A stretch of DNA of 63,723 nucleotides, counting the filler, from Aduncisulcus paluster (lineage: Eukaryota): the NCBI GenBank assembly GCA_024181965.1. It is 12 parts of 12 records of this genome, joined end to end, with 100 filler letters (N's around TTAATTAATTAA, not from the genome) between each part and the next. Parts side by side here need not be neighbours in the genome. Positions count along the whole stretch, not along the records: positions 16,144 to 26,192 come from BQXS01010118.1; positions 26,293 to 43,253 come from BQXS01010119.1; 10 more parts are not named here. One strand, given 5' to 3'. The stretch's first letter is position 1. Each line of letters starts with the position of its first letter. This document shows, piece by piece, positions 23,190 to 36,879 of the stretch. A program made the position numbers and the translations under genes. The notes beneath the pieces were generated by a model. It made no database searches. It was not told the origin of the DNA and saw only the letters and a program-made list of their open reading frames with translations.

Positions 23190-25232
23190 ATGAAATCAAC
23201 TCTCGCTTGTCTTGCCAATGGTATTCCCCTTTCTCCGCTTCCTCCTCCTAGAGGTCCGACGCCTGGTATTGCCCATGCTCCTAAACGTGTTTCTGGACTC
23301 ACACTCGAACAAGAAAGGTTAGCTATCGCCAATGCTTTACGTTATATTCCTAAAGAACTTCATAAAATTTTAGTTAAAGATTGTGTCCAAGAGCTTCGTG
23401 ATTACGGACATATTTACTTTTATCGTTTCATGCCAACATTTAGGATGAAAGCTTATCCAATAAGTGACTACCCCGCTAAAATAGTCGAAGCACGTTCCAT
23501 TCAATTAATGATATTCAATAATTTGGACCCTGAAGTCGCCCAATTTCCCGAAGAATTGGTTACCTACGGCTCTAATGGATCAGTGTTCCAAAATTGGGCT
23601 CAATTCTGGCTTGTAATGCAATATTTATCAATTATGACCGAGAAGCAAACCCTTGAGCTTTATTCTGGTCATCCCCATGGACTTTTCCCATCTTCTCCTG
23701 ATGCTCCAAGAATGATTTTGACGAACGGTCTCATCATTCCTCGTTTTGATGGACAAGAGATGTATGAAAAACTATATGCTTTGGGTTGTACCCAATATGG
23801 TCAAATGACTGCTGGATCTTTCTGTTACATTGGTCCCAGTGGTATCGTCCATGGAACCACCCTCACTGTTCTGAATGCTGCCCGGAAATTCTTGAAATCC
23901 GATATGTCTGGCCGTATTTTCTTGAGCAGTGGGCTTGGTGGAATGAGTGGAGCCCAGCCCAAGGCTACTGTTATCACTGGAGGTATTGCTGTCATTGCTG
24001 AAGTATCTGAAGAGGCCTTAATGAAGAGACACAAGCAAGGGTGGCTCAATGAAGTCTTCCGTGACATTCCTTCTCTGTTTGAGCGTGCTCAGGTCGCCAA
24101 GGAGAAGAAAGAAAAAGTATCTCTTGGATATCTTGGAAATGTTGTTGATCTTTGGGAGTACCTTGCTCGTGACGATGTTCCTGCCATTGTTGATATCTCC
24201 AGTGATCAAACATCATGCCACAATGTCTATGGTGGAGGTTATTACCCCGTTGGTCTCTCTTACGAGGAATCAAACGATCTCATGTCTAAGGATCCTTCTG
24301 AGTTTAAGAAATGTGTTGATGCTTCTCTCATCCGTCAGGTAGCCGCTATTAATAAGGTTGTCTCTGCCAAGAAGGTCAGTGTATTCTTTGATTATGGAAA
24401 TTCATTCCTTGCCAGTGCGGCCCATGCTGGTGCCGAGGTGTTTTCTGATGAACCTGGAAGCAAAGAGCTCTTGAAGTTTAGATACCGTTCTTATGTGGAA
24501 CTTATCATGGGTGACATCTTTTCTCTTGGGTTTGGACCTTTCCGGTGGGTGTGCACAAGTGGAAAAGAAGAGGATTTACTTCTGACGGATCGTATTGCCC
24601 GTGATGTTATCATCGAGTGTATGGAAGAGGAAGGTTGCCCCGAGGAAACAAAAGCTCAATATGCCGATAACAAACTCTGGATTGAACAGGCACATGAGAA
24701 CAAACTGGTCGTTGGAAGTCAAGCCAGAATTCTCTATGCAGATGCACTTGCAAGGATTCGTATGGCTCAAGCCTTCAACAAGCATGTTATGGAGGGTAAG
24801 TTGAGTGCTCCTGTGGTGCTGAGTCGTGATCACCATGACGTGAGTGGGACTGACAGTGTATTTAGGGAGACTAGCAACATAACAGACGGGTCAAAGTTCT
24901 GTGCTGACATGGCCACTCATAATTTCATTGGAGATGGTATCCGTGGTGCCACATGGGTTGCACTCCATAACGGTGGTGGATGTGGTGTATCCAAGGTTAT
25001 CAACGGTGGACATGGACATGTTTTGGATGGTTCTGTTCGTGCGGGAGAGAAGGCTGCTGCTATGTTACTTTGGGATGTCAATAATGGCGTTACAAGAAGA
25101 GCTTGGGCTCGAAACCCAAACGCTCTCCTTTCTATCAAAAGAGCAATGAAGTTATTCCCAGAACTTAAGGTTACCGTGCCCGAATTGGCCGATGAAGAAA
25201 TGATTAAAGAGGAAATGGAAAAGAAAGAATAA
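23190..25232 (+). CDS. hutU: Urocanate hydratase, long eukaryote-type form; ATG at 23190 preferred over 23133
   Basis: Motifs NNLDPEVAQFPEELVTYG, YGQMTAGSFCYIGPSGIVHGT, GLGGMSGAQPKA, SDQTSCHN, GFGPFRWVC, SRDHHDVSGTDS and LHNGGGCG. Confidence 0.97.
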   Translation: MKSTLACLANGIPLSPLPPPRGPTPGIAHAPKRVSGLTLEQERLAIANALRYIPKELHKILVKDCVQELRDYGHIYFYRFMPTFRMKAYPISDYPAKIVEARSIQLMIFNNLDPEVAQFPEELVTYGSNGSVFQNWAQFWLVMQYLSIMTEKQTLELYSGHPHGLFPSSPDAPRMILTNGLIIPRFDGQEMYEKLYALGCTQYGQMTAGSFCYIGPSGIVHGTTLTVLNAARKFLKSDMSGRIFLSSGLGGMSGAQPKATVITGGIAVIAEVSEEALMKRHKQGWLNEVFRDIPSLFERAQVAKEKKEKVSLGYLGNVVDLWEYLARDDVPAIVDISSDQTSCHNVYGGGYYPVGLSYEESNDLMSKDPSEFKKCVDASLIRQVAAINKVVSAKKVSVFFDYGNSFLASAAHAGAEVFSDEPGSKELLKFRYRSYVELIMGDIFSLGFGPFRWVCTSGKEEDLLLTDRIARDVIIECMEEEGCPEETKAQYADNKLWIEQAHENKLVVGSQARILYADALARIRMAQAFNKHVMEGKLSAPVVLSRDHHDVSGTDSVFRETSNITDGSKFCADMATHNFIGDGIRGATWVALHNGGGCGVSKVINGGHGHVLDGSVRAGEKAAAMLLWDVNNGVTRRAWARNPNALLSIKRAMKLFPELKVTVPELADEEMIKEEMEKKE

Positions 25233-25512
25233 TTTTTTATGTGTCGTAATTAGTAGAAATCCCTTTTATTTTTCCTTGATAGTATTAAATAATAAATTCG
25301 TTTTTGACTTCAATATCGCGACAAAAATTGAATGGTTCATCAAAGCTCAAAATCCATTAATATCTTTAAAAAATACGGTTTATTTCAAGAAATAATAATA
25401 ATGGGATATTAATTTTGCAATTGACTTTGTAGTATGACCAAGTGATTTTGGCATAGCTAAATTTTTCTGGATCTCAATTTTCCTGACCTACAACTTATCT
25501 TTGATTCACAAA

Positions 25513-26192
25513 ATGGAAAGGACAATTACTGGAATGCAGTCTAAATTGTCCCAGGTGGAATCTGAGGTCGGAAGAATGGGTACTCTCCTGACTGGCCTTG
25601 AAGCCTCTCAAGCTGACAAATTCCACTCAATGAAGACTGAAATTGCTAAACTTGAGCATAAATTTCAAGAGGGACAAATATCTATGGCAGATCAACACAA
25701 AAAATTCCTCGACACAAGCTTTATTCAAACCAAAACCGTTTTACAGAATCAGATTGAAAATCAACTTTCATATACAAGGGAACAAATTATCGAATCCACT
25801 AAGAAGTTTGATCCAAGGTTGATGCTTGTTGAAAAACGGTTAGAATCCGTTGTTGAAGAAATCAATTCAAAACTACTTGAATCATCAGAAATGTTGTTAA
25901 AAGAGCAGAAAGAACGTGATGAAAAAGAGAAATCATTTGATTCTTTTGGGGCCGTTCTCCAAGAGAATGCTCGTGAAGTCCTTGCCAAGGCACAAAAAGC
26001 TGTTTCTGAATGTGAACAGAGCGTGAGGACCTGTAAAGAGGCTTTAAAGACAGATGACATTATGGAAACCATGGAAAGTGTTATACAGATGAAGAAAGAA
26101 ACAGATGAAACTTCCAAAGAACTCATTTCTCGAGTAGCTGAGGTTGAAGCCAAGTTGTCATCAATTGAGCACGCTTATCAGATTGCTATTGA
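25513..26192 (+). CDS. Coiled-coil protein, 3'-truncated
   Basis: Heptad-rich ORF running into the spacer. Confidence 0.65.
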
Positions 26193-26292
26193 NNNNNNNN
26201 NNNNNNNNNNNNNNNNNNNNNNNNNNNNNNNNNNNNTTAATTAATTAANNNNNNNNNNNNNNNNNNNNNNNNNNNNNNNNNNNNNNNNNNNN

Positions 26293-29200
26293 CACGTCTG
26301 CCACCATGTGGAACGATATTAACGGTGGCTGGGATGTTACCAATATTGATCAAACGGATATGGCGAGTGACAGTTGTTCCCACACGTACTTTTCCGAATC
26401 GGACACGCCATTCAAGCTCGAGAATACTGAAGCAAATAATCACATGAACAAATCCAACCTTAGCTTTCAGAATAAATGATTGGGATTTAACGGGAGTTTG
26501 AACAAATAATTCTCCATAACACTCGAACAATTCAGACATTTTAGGTCTTGGAGATGCCAATTGGAGCTGCTTTTCACCGTTATTGTGTGAATTTACATCC
26601 TTATTCCGATGGTTACGATCATGAACATACCCCAATTCGACCATATACCCACCTTTCTTCGAATTCTGAATTTCCTTTGAAACTCCAATACCTTTCTTTG
26701 TTTTCAGTAAAATTCCTTTGGTATCATATCCACGTAATCTTCCACAGAAACTCACTGTAACCCCAACATAACTATCTCCCTCAATCTCTCCTTTAGGTGG
26801 ATAGGAGTCAAAATGCCCAATCATGGGGGAAGAAGAAGCACCAGAAATGGAGCGGTGAGTATGATTTGACGTGGATTCTTCCTCGTTGTCACTGATATCT
26901 CTATCTGCACCCTGCAAACCCTTCTCAATTTGTTCAACAATGGAGTTATATCCCAAAGGACAGTCTCCAGCGTTACTTAGCACAACTCGACGGCGAACAG
27001 TCTCACCACACACACACACACCGAAGCTAATAATATTCGACTCTGGGGAATAATGGGTTGGTTCAATCTTCAGTGAAGCAAATCCAATTCTTCCATGGGC
27101 CATTACTTTGGAAACGATCATTGGAGTTGAATAACCATACAAATTAACAGAGATTGGTAAGATGAGATTCAGATCATCTCCATTTCCTTGTTCCAAACTA
27201 CGGTCTGTTGATGATGCTGTTGTTTGGTCATCTCGAGTTGCAGGGAGAATAGAAATAGTGAATGCGCCATGTGTGGACGTTACAGAGCCGGCCACTTTCC
27301 TTGCAGACAATGAAGAACTAGAAACGATCATACCACCCTCACTTCTTTCGCTTCCAATCCCTCGAATAAGCTGATATTTCGGGAATATATCGACAGATTT
27401 GTTAGGGCATGACAAAGAAACATATACATCGTTCGGGGCTCGGTTATGTATTGTTAACTTCCGATGATTTGTCACACCAGAGATAACGTGACCAAGGTGA
27501 AGTCTGGGTTGTGTATGCAGATTGGGAGTTCCGACAAGTCCACTGAAACAAACATTAATTCTACGGATACCTCCAATACCATCAGAAGCCAGGCAACACA
27601 GATCATAATTCTCCTTGAAAATTCCTACCTTTGCAAATTGCATGGTAATTCGATGGTAAACAGTCTTCTTGGGTTCAAGAGAAATCTTTTCAGTCGGAAG
27701 AATAATATTGACTTTCTTATTCGAGCCTCCTCTCTTGTACCGATCTATATTTAGAACAGGAATATCGTCAGAATCTTGAATAAACGAACTCTCAGAATCG
27801 GTTGAGCTGAACCAGAAATTAAGGGAGACAGTCGTGGGGTTATAAAAAGCCAAGTCAAAAGAGAGAGAATTTTGATGAATAGCACTGAGGATATACACGG
27901 TGGTTGAAGGAACTTGAAATGCTTGCTCAGAAGCAGACATTTGTCTCACAGAGTAGAACTGAGGATTGGCAACCTCTCCAACACTCGATGGGGAAGAGGA
28001 AAGAGAGAGAGATGACGAAGGGAGAAGCTTAGAAGAGGCTCGACGCAATGCCTTTGTGCTCTGACGAACGTGGGAGTAGACCAAAGATCCGCCACTCAAG
28101 CGTGTCCGAGTATCATTGATAATCTCAACTCTTGGACCAACGACTTGGAGAATATTTACCCAGAATAAACACCCAAGACGGGTTCGAATCCATCCAATCC
28201 TCTCATACGAGTTAGGGAAAACATCAGAGACGGATACATTGACACGCTCAAGGGATGGAGTTAGTTCTGCATGGAATGGAAGATGGGCAAATGATACATA
28301 ACACGGCTTTGAACTCGTTGCTGTGACTTTCTTGGAAAGTGATACGAGTTGTTTATCAGCAGTATCATCTTCATCATTGACTTCTTGGGTATGTTCTTGA
28401 GTCTTTGAATCTTGATGGGTATACAACGCACGACGATGCTGTTCCTCAACATCAATAGCATCCTTCCATGACTTGTTATCAATCCGAAAGTCCATTGAAG
28501 CATGATTGCCACTCCGAATAGGTGAGAAGCGACATAGATGAATGTCTGGAGACAGAACTGATGAGACCTGAACAGGGACCACAATGTGGAAGGTGTCACT
28601 GCCACTGAAACACTTTAGAGAGATGTCAAATTGCACACTAATATCTTCTTTTGGAAGGCCTCGGGTGAGATCACCATGAAAATAGCCATCGTGTGCAGCA
28701 TTTTCAACGAGATCTTGTTGTTCGTCGTTGAATCTGATCAAAAAAAACACAATCACGTAATCCCAAGGATTAAATTGGAGAGAAATGGTTTCAGTGCCAA
28801 GAGGTTTTAAAACATCCTCTCCACTGTGCATTTTAAATGTATTTTCCACTCTCATGGGGAAAAGGGAAGGAGATTCTACTTCATGCGATGGGTCGTTATT
28901 CTTATCTTTTCCGAGTTCTTGATGTTCATCTTCTTTAGAGACCCATACATCGGTTTGTGTTCCAATGGTATCTATCAACATGCTCTCGCTATTCATGTGT
29001 TGAACAAGAATCATTCGGCCCAGTTTCACAATGCGTTCCACGACATTTGTGGTCTTACCCAATTGTGTGCTATAAATAGCTTGCACCCTTTCTATCCCCT
29101 TCTCTTCCTCGTCGCCACTGATTTCTTCCCCCGAGAAAAAAGATACGGAGGATTCCTCTTCATATTCTTCATCCTCATATTCATCAGTTCCATGGCCATT

Positions 29201-32200
29201 CATTCCATCGGTCTCACCGCCCTTGGAGTCATCATATTCCTCACTAAAGGCCCGTTTCTTTCCCATTGAACCGCTGTCATGAGACCCTTTTCCTCCAAAA
29301 CTCACTGCAAGCTGAACACTAGAAACAGAACGAAGACACATCGATACGGGGACAAGAACATAGTTCCCCTTGAAGGAAGTCACATGTAAGGGCTTCATTC
29401 GAACGAGTTCACCATTTTGAAGGTCACGAAGAGGAACAACACGTTTGGATACATGTGAGGTATCAACGTGAGCTATTGTATTATATGATTCCGACGGTAA
29501 GTCTTCGTTTTGATGTGAATGTTTGAGGAGTTCAGAGGTCGAAAATGAAGTATTGAGCAACATGGCAGGTATCGTAGCATCGATTTGTTTAGGATATGAT
29601 ACTCCTTTCAAGCAAATGTCAACAATTTCTTCACCCACGGTGGCATACAATTCAGCAGTGCAGCAATGAGAAGAAGAGGGTGAGAATGTCAATGTTACAG
29701 TGACACCATGAGGGGAGCATATAATAAACGGAGAATTTGAGCCACTGGAGGGCTTTCCTTGAGGAATATTGATGGTAGTGGTCGATTGAATCTCAGTACT
29801 CCCTCTTCCTTTGGAGTGATATCCAGTAGAATAATCAGTTTGGGCACAAAAGTCTCTCTCTCCGATCATGAATAGGGAGACTGGGATCGTAACGTTTGAA
29901 TAGAGAGTGACTTGCAGAGAGAGTGAACTTCCTGGAGAAACTACGCCAAAATCAATGATATTAGTACTCCACCGGAGACCTGTGCATCCACAAATACATA
30001 CAACATCAAGTTCTACGCTATCATCACCGATTGGAATGTCAAACNNNNNNNNNNNNNNNNNNNNGAGGGCTTTCCTTGAGGAATATTGATGGTAGTTGTC
30101 GATTGAATCTCAGTACTCCCTCTTCCTTTGGAGTGATATCCAGTAGAATAATCAGTTTGGGCACAAAAGTCTCTCTCTCCGATCATGAATAGGGAGACTG
30201 GGATCGTAACGTTTGAATAGAGAGTGACTTGCAGAGAGAGTGAACTTCCTGGAGAAACTACGCCAAAATCAATGATATTAGTACTCCACCGGAGACCTGT
30301 GCATCCACAAATACATACAACATCAAGTTCTTCGCTATCATCACCGATTGGAATGTCAAACAAGAGACCATTCTGCATTGTAGAAGCCAGGGAAAGGTCT
30401 CGAGAAGAGCTACTATCTCTCTTCTTCTTCCTTTCTCCTTCTCGCAACTGGCGTATTTTCTGTGATGTTTCATACGAATCGCATACACTGACCTGTATTT
30501 GTCCCTGTAAATTTATCCTCTCCATTGATAAGAAAGAGAAGAGGACTGGAGCAGCTGAAAAGGGAGGAATTGATAATAATGGAAGTTTGAATGACCATGT
30601 GGCTGATTCATTCTTTGAAGACGATGCCTTATAAGGGAGGAAAAATGGAAGGTTTGAAGAATAGTTAGAAATTACGAGGGAAGGTTTAAGGGACAAACTC
30701 ACATCCAATAATTTCTCAAGAATTTGACCAGGTTTCAAAGAGATTCGAACGATAATAGGACGATCAGTGGTGTTTCGTATGGTAATCACTTGACTAATAG
30801 GTACTCTAGGAATTGAAGACATGAAGAAGATAGACGAAGCAAGGAATTGTTTCAAAGATATCAGATTTGAATTGACAATCGGAGAACCTTTGGAAACCAT
30901 CGAAGAAGCAGAAGAGGAAGAGGAAGTAGGAGAGGTATATTTCTCAGAAAATAGAGACGAAACTTCTTTTCTTGAATACTTTGAAAATGCTTTCATCTCT
31001 TCCTTTCTCCATATTGAAACCCGGCTATTTCCGTTCCATTCAACAGGAACCACAATAGAGGGTGATTTCTTCTTGCCTTCGGCTTGAATGGCAATAAAAC
31101 TCATTCCACTTCCAAGTCTGAAAAAGGGGGCTGGAGATGTGATGGATGACATTGATTTCCTTGTTTGTGTGGTTTGATTCATATTTTTATCAGAAAACAT
31201 TTGGTTTTGTTTTTTGAGAGTGTCTACTGTCATTCGCATGCTATTCACACAAGATTTGATCAAAGCATCCAAAGATTTCCACACACAAGGTAATATTTTA
31301 GTGTCAATGGTGACTTGAATCTTTCTGGAGGCTTCAGCAAGGAGAGTGACAGAGTTTTGAGCAAGAATTAGAGGAGGAGTTGCCATTAACGAGAATTTTT
31401 GCTTATGCTTTAACTTTGAAGTAACTACAAGGAAGAATGAATCAGCCACGGTGGTACCTGTTCCTTCGATAGTCATTGATAATGACTGTGATATCATACT
31501 GCCTCCAGTTGTGGACTTCTTCTCAGGCTCCTTTGAAGTTGAGAGAGCGTCACTTTCTCTGGCAGAGCCAATATGGGAGGGTGATTGGGATGATTCTGAC
31601 TTGTTTTTCACAGCAATGATGGATTTCGAGGGAGAGGAAGAAGGAGTAGAAGAGGTATAAATGGAAGCGGACGAAGGCTTAACATTCATAGGCATCAAAG
31701 ACGAGGTGAGAGAGGAAAATCGCTTTCCATTGGTTCCAAATTTCAAGAAACAAGCACCAAGAAGTGCAGCTTCAGGTATTTTGGATTTTGAGGAAAATTT
31801 CTTTGATGAAGAGGAACTCATTGGATTTGCAGAACTTCCAGGGGTTGAAATGGATGGTTTAAGAATCGAAGGGAGAATCGAGTTTGATATATGACTGAAT
31901 GAATCACCATCGAGAAGACCAACAACACAGATTCCACATCGAGCGCCAATTAATCCACCGACCCTATCTTCACAAAGGGAATTGGAACGCTCTAAGAGTT
32001 CCAAGTGAGATAGACTAGAAAGTTGAGAAAATATGGGTGAAGAATCATCACCATTTGAGGTTTCTTTATCTCGAAGCTGATTAAGAGGATGGGATGACAC
32101 AGATAAGTGCACAAGGGTAAGAAGACAATTGCAAACAAAGCTGGATATGGAATCAGTGTCAGAAATACAATATTTCTCAAAATCTATTATTAGATCAGTG

Positions 32201-35200
32201 ACAGAATTTGGAGGCATTGTGAAAGACATGAGATGACTTGAAGATGATCCCTTCTTCTTCTTCTTCGTCTTCTTCTCTTCTTTGATCTCTGTAATCACTC
32301 GATGTTGATATCTCGTTTTCTTCTATCTCATCTTCTATTAATTCGGTTTGTTTACCACCATGTATGATCGGAGATAGTGTTTTCTTTTTTGAGAATGGAT
32401 CAATTTTGGGAGATCGTTTTGAAACTGACACAGATTGAGATAACATTCCTGTGCTCTTCATTCTTGACAGCTTTGATCTTCGTTGAATGTACATGTGAAT
32501 GTCTTTTGGGCAGCCGACAAGAGCCAACACAACATTTAAGTAAAGATTAGGTGTGGAAGAAATTAAGGGAATTTTGACAGTGGTTGGGGAGATTCCTAAA
32601 CATGTTGGTGTTGAAATGTGAAACAATCCACTCACAAACACTCTGCCGAACGAGAAGAATGAGGTCGGATGGAGACATTTCATAGGCACAGATATGGGGA
32701 CAGGCTTGAACACAGGGAAATTCAGAGAAGACGAGAGAAATGATACATTTTGAGGTAATATCGAGGGTAATATGAAGTGTAAATATGATTTAATATGTGT
32801 TTTAGAAAGAAATGAACTTGATTTTTTGGAGGAAGAAACACCAGAATTGTTGGACTCAGAAAATGATCCAAAGTACTTATCAAAAATCTCAACGAATGGA
32901 GAGAAAGATGGAGAATAGAGAGATGACGATGGTACGGTATTGTTTGACAATGATCCTGCTTTGACAAGTTGATTTTTATCAATAATATCTTTTTTTGCAG
33001 CTTCCAAGAGAGCTTGAATAGCCCTTGGATGCTTTAAATGTTGTTTAGAGGAGAGAGAAAACACGTGAAAGATGATGCATTAATTAAATANNNNNNNNNN
33101 NNNNNNNNNNAAAGTACTTAACAAAAATCTCAACGAATGGAGAGAAAGATGGAGAATAGAGAGATGACGATGGTACGGTATTGTTTGACAATGATCCTGC
33201 TTTGACAAGTTGATTTTTATCAATAATATCTTTTTTTGCAGCTTCCAAGAGAGCTTGAATAGCCCTTGGATGCTTTAAATGTTGTTTAGAGGAGAGAGAA
33301 AACAGCGTGAAAGATGATGCATTAATTAAATATGGTTGAGTATTAACATTTCTTGATGAAATTCGAAGGCCTAAGCCAGAATCAAACACACATAATCGTT
33401 TTCGCGTCTTTATCATTGACAAAGATCCCAATTGCGACGGTTTGGATGCTGGAGAGAGCTGAACATTTCCATATTGGATATCAAGACCGGTATCTAACTC
33501 AGTCACTGAATCATCCTTGAGGAATGTTACTGAGATTTGAGGGGCATCTGGATGTTCGGCAATTACTCGCATAAGTAAAGGAAGTCCGGGAGGAATTACA
33601 CAGACCGATAGGCCGTGTGGAGGACAAGTTATAAATCCAAAGATACCCTTATCAGGTGTCTTAATATCTTTTCCATCCATTCCACTAGCACGATGCGTTG
33701 TGTCAGTGTATTTGGTAGATATGTCTTTGGACGAAATAGTACCAGTTCGGTGTTTCTCACTGTCTGAATTCTCAATCTCAGATTCAAGATCGCTTCGAGC
33801 TGATGAAGAAGGCGAATAACCATCCTGTGAATGTTGCATCATGCCATCAATGAGCTCAATCCAACGCACTCGCATGACAATGACATCACTACTCCCATTG
33901 TAGAATACGGCATACCGAGGGAATGGGAACAGCGGGCGGGAAGGATCCGAACTTTTTCCAGTTGAGTGTTTCTGGGTGGCTTTTCTATTTCTACGCTCCA
34001 CAACCGGAATTACTGGAAATAAAGGAATTACTTCACTCGTTGAAAACCTCACAGGGACTGTACGAATTGTATATCCATACACACTCCTGACTTTTAGTTC
34101 ACATCTCAAGGATAATGGGAGAAAAGAAGAGGGCAAGGAAGTTGAAGATGGGTTGATATTGCTATTATAGGAAGAATATGATGCTATATTTGGATTCTGA
34201 GAAGAAGAAGATATATTTGGAATTGATATTCCAGATGATGGATTATGTTTTGAAAATACAAAGCGTTCTCCAAGTTTTTGCAGATATTTTATATTCTTTT
34301 TATCATATTTATCAGTTTTGCTCTCATCTTGTCCAATGCGAGAAGCATCAATAAAGTCACTCAAATCATCAGACATAGAGATGGAATCATTCGGAATATC
34401 ACTATCAGTTTCTGATTGAGGAGTTTTTGGTCTATTTTTAGATTTTGAGATACTTTTTCCAAAATTCCATATTTCTTCAGCTTCTTCAACTGACAAGCTG
34501 TCTGTTGAACTTTGAGGGAGATAAGAATCCTCGTATGCTCCAAGGTTCCATCTTTCTCTCTCTTGGATACTGCAGATTACACTAACACTTAGTCCATGGA
34601 TATTTACAGTTACATTCTGACCAGGAAGAATTATGGAGAATGCCGGATCACAAAAGAAAAATCCGGGTGGGTTTAGAGCAAAAAACAGGCATATTGGATG
34701 TGAATGGTTGTTTGTAACAGAAAATGAACCTAAAGGAGGCGAGAATGGGAGTGGAGAGGACAAAGGAAGGAAAGAATGGGATACGTCCGACACGAATGAA
34801 GAAGAGGAGTGAGACAAGCCAGTACTATCCGTTGTCTTATCTTTTCCTTTCCTTCTCGATGATTCAATCGTTGTGGATTCCCATTCTCTCCTTGCTTTCT
34901 CAACAGAATTCCGGTATCTTTCAACCTGAGTACTCCTAAACTCTTCTTCCTGTTGCGATGTACATGAAGACAAAACAATATCAGAAGCTGGTGTCACAGT
35001 GATATTCCTGGGTTTGACTGTCGTCAAGAAGCTTCCTCCGGTCATACCAGAACCCTGCTTGTCCATAGAAGTTGAGGAAGATCCGCCAATAAGAGGAGGA
35101 GTGGATGCACGAATTGATCCATCCTCTGAGACTTTAGAATTGGGAGTAAGTTGAGGTCTTGTAATTGTGTTAATTAACGTCTTGATGATACCAAACGTTC

Positions 35201-36745
35201 TGTTCGTTAAAGTATCATCGCGGCCCCTCTTGACTGTAGAAAAGCGAGAAAAGGAACCCCGAAACGAACGAGAAGAGCGACGAGGCTTTGTTTTAAGCTG
35301 AGTCGCTGATGTTTTTGTCGATGACATGGCCAAAGAATCCATATTTTCCTCAACCCTTTTCTTTTCCCGAAGCTTATCCCTTTGTGCCTTTAAAATAGTT
35401 CTGAGAATGATTATGCTCTCATCAATATCTCCTTGTTCAAACACCGATATCGAAGATGACATTGAGGAAGAAGGGGATGAGGAAAGAATGGATGAGAAAG
35501 AGGATTTTCGAAGACTTCCTGTATTGCTGCCAGATGTGACGGCAAGACCATAATCAGAGCCTACGGAGCTACCTGAAGAGCTTGCTGTGTCATGATGGAA
35601 AGAATAAGCACCCGAAACACCCCTTTCTTGCTCTCTAACAATGCCCAATAGATTCTGAGAGACGAGTGGATTGATTGAGGAGAAGAAGAGGTTAAGCGAC
35701 ATCCTGTTCATTAATAATGTCGCCAATAGATGATGTGAGAACGGGGATAGCATGGATTGTGAGGGATCTTCGCCCAAAATATGTTGCAATTCATCCGAAC
35801 CACGATCAAGGAGCCGTCGAGCACCAGGGATGAATAATCTGATTACTCTATCACGAATTCCAATGCTACTCACTGGCGATATGGCTGATATGGCAAAGGA
35901 TACGTGAAGAAGTTGTGAAGACAGGGAGTGAGAGTGTCCAGAATGAGATGAGGCGGAGGATGTGGAAGAGACTGAGGCAGTTGATGAGGGTCTCTGTGGT
36001 CTTCCAGACTGATCGTCAGATGTGTCCAATGGTTTTGATCCTCCAGAATCTTTGTGAGATTGAGCCGAGAACGAAAATAATCGATCAAGTATGGCCGTGG
36101 ACTGCTCAACAATAGGATGGATCTGTGGACACTCCCGAAGGAGGAGAGCAAAGGCGGAGAAATATGGGAGAATCATAAATGAAACGTGTTTATGTGTATA
36201 ATTCTGATATAGAAGAGATAGTGATATGGAATCGACAATTGGGAGAAGAGCATTCAAAGCAGAAACTATATAGGAAGTGCAATCAGAAGATGCATTTCTC
36301 GCCGTTATTGATAGTACTGCACATGCATATATTAATGTTTGAGGGGTTTGAGTGGTTAAAATGATCTGAGAGAGGACTTGACAAAATCGAGAGGAGTATC
36401 TCATATCAGCGACTTTTTGACCATAAAATATACCGCAATCACACATTTTATGAAGTAAGGAATTTAATAATATATCATCTGTACTTTCTAAAGATCGCAA
36501 AAGAAATTCCAAACCTAAAACTTTATATTCTTTTGTAAATACCTCCTAATGGAATAAATTAAACATAAAATAACAATTTGAAAACATGAATATCAATAAT
36601 TATGTGAAAAGAATGAAATAGCAATGGTAAACAGCAATTTGAACTATAAATCGAATAAAACAACAAAATAGAATTTTAACTCCAATAAATAACATACCTC
36701 AGGCGATAAAATGATATGAAAGACATTCTCAATGCATATATTCAT
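26293..36745 (-). CDS. Giant (>3000 aa) protein with multiple ASH/PapD-like Ig domains (Hydin/CFAP47/CEP192-like), 3'-truncated
   Basis: Four track ORFs join into one gene across two gap duplications and a +1 shift at 32249-32251. Recurrent motifs include IDFGVV, LHLGHV..RKLTIHNR, ISFGVC..VVLSNAG and VRFGKV..IRLINIG. A predicted 48-nt first exon lies at 36698-36745. Confidence 0.7.
36546..36697 (-). other. Predicted spliceosomal intron, 152 nt, phase 0
   Basis: Minus-strand GTATGT...CCATTAG. It joins MNICIENVFHIILSPE in frame to EVFTKEYKVLGLEFLL and supplies the ATG that ORF 33084..36512 lacks. Confidence 0.65.
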
Positions 36746-36879
36746 CCTTTTATCATACAAAAGCAGGAGCCAACTCAATAGGATTTTAAAACTATGGAAA
36801 ATACAAAAATTTTATAGGTCATGGTTTGAAATAGTGATTTTTATGGGTAAATTTATTATTCAATTTGTAAATTTCCTGC

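Noticed and set aside
32290-32356. Possible 67-nt GT-AG intron that would fix the frame of the giant gene
   Set aside because: The donor is GTAAAC rather than GTATGT, and the segment is purine-rich and reads as natural acidic protein. A single-base indel explains the break better.
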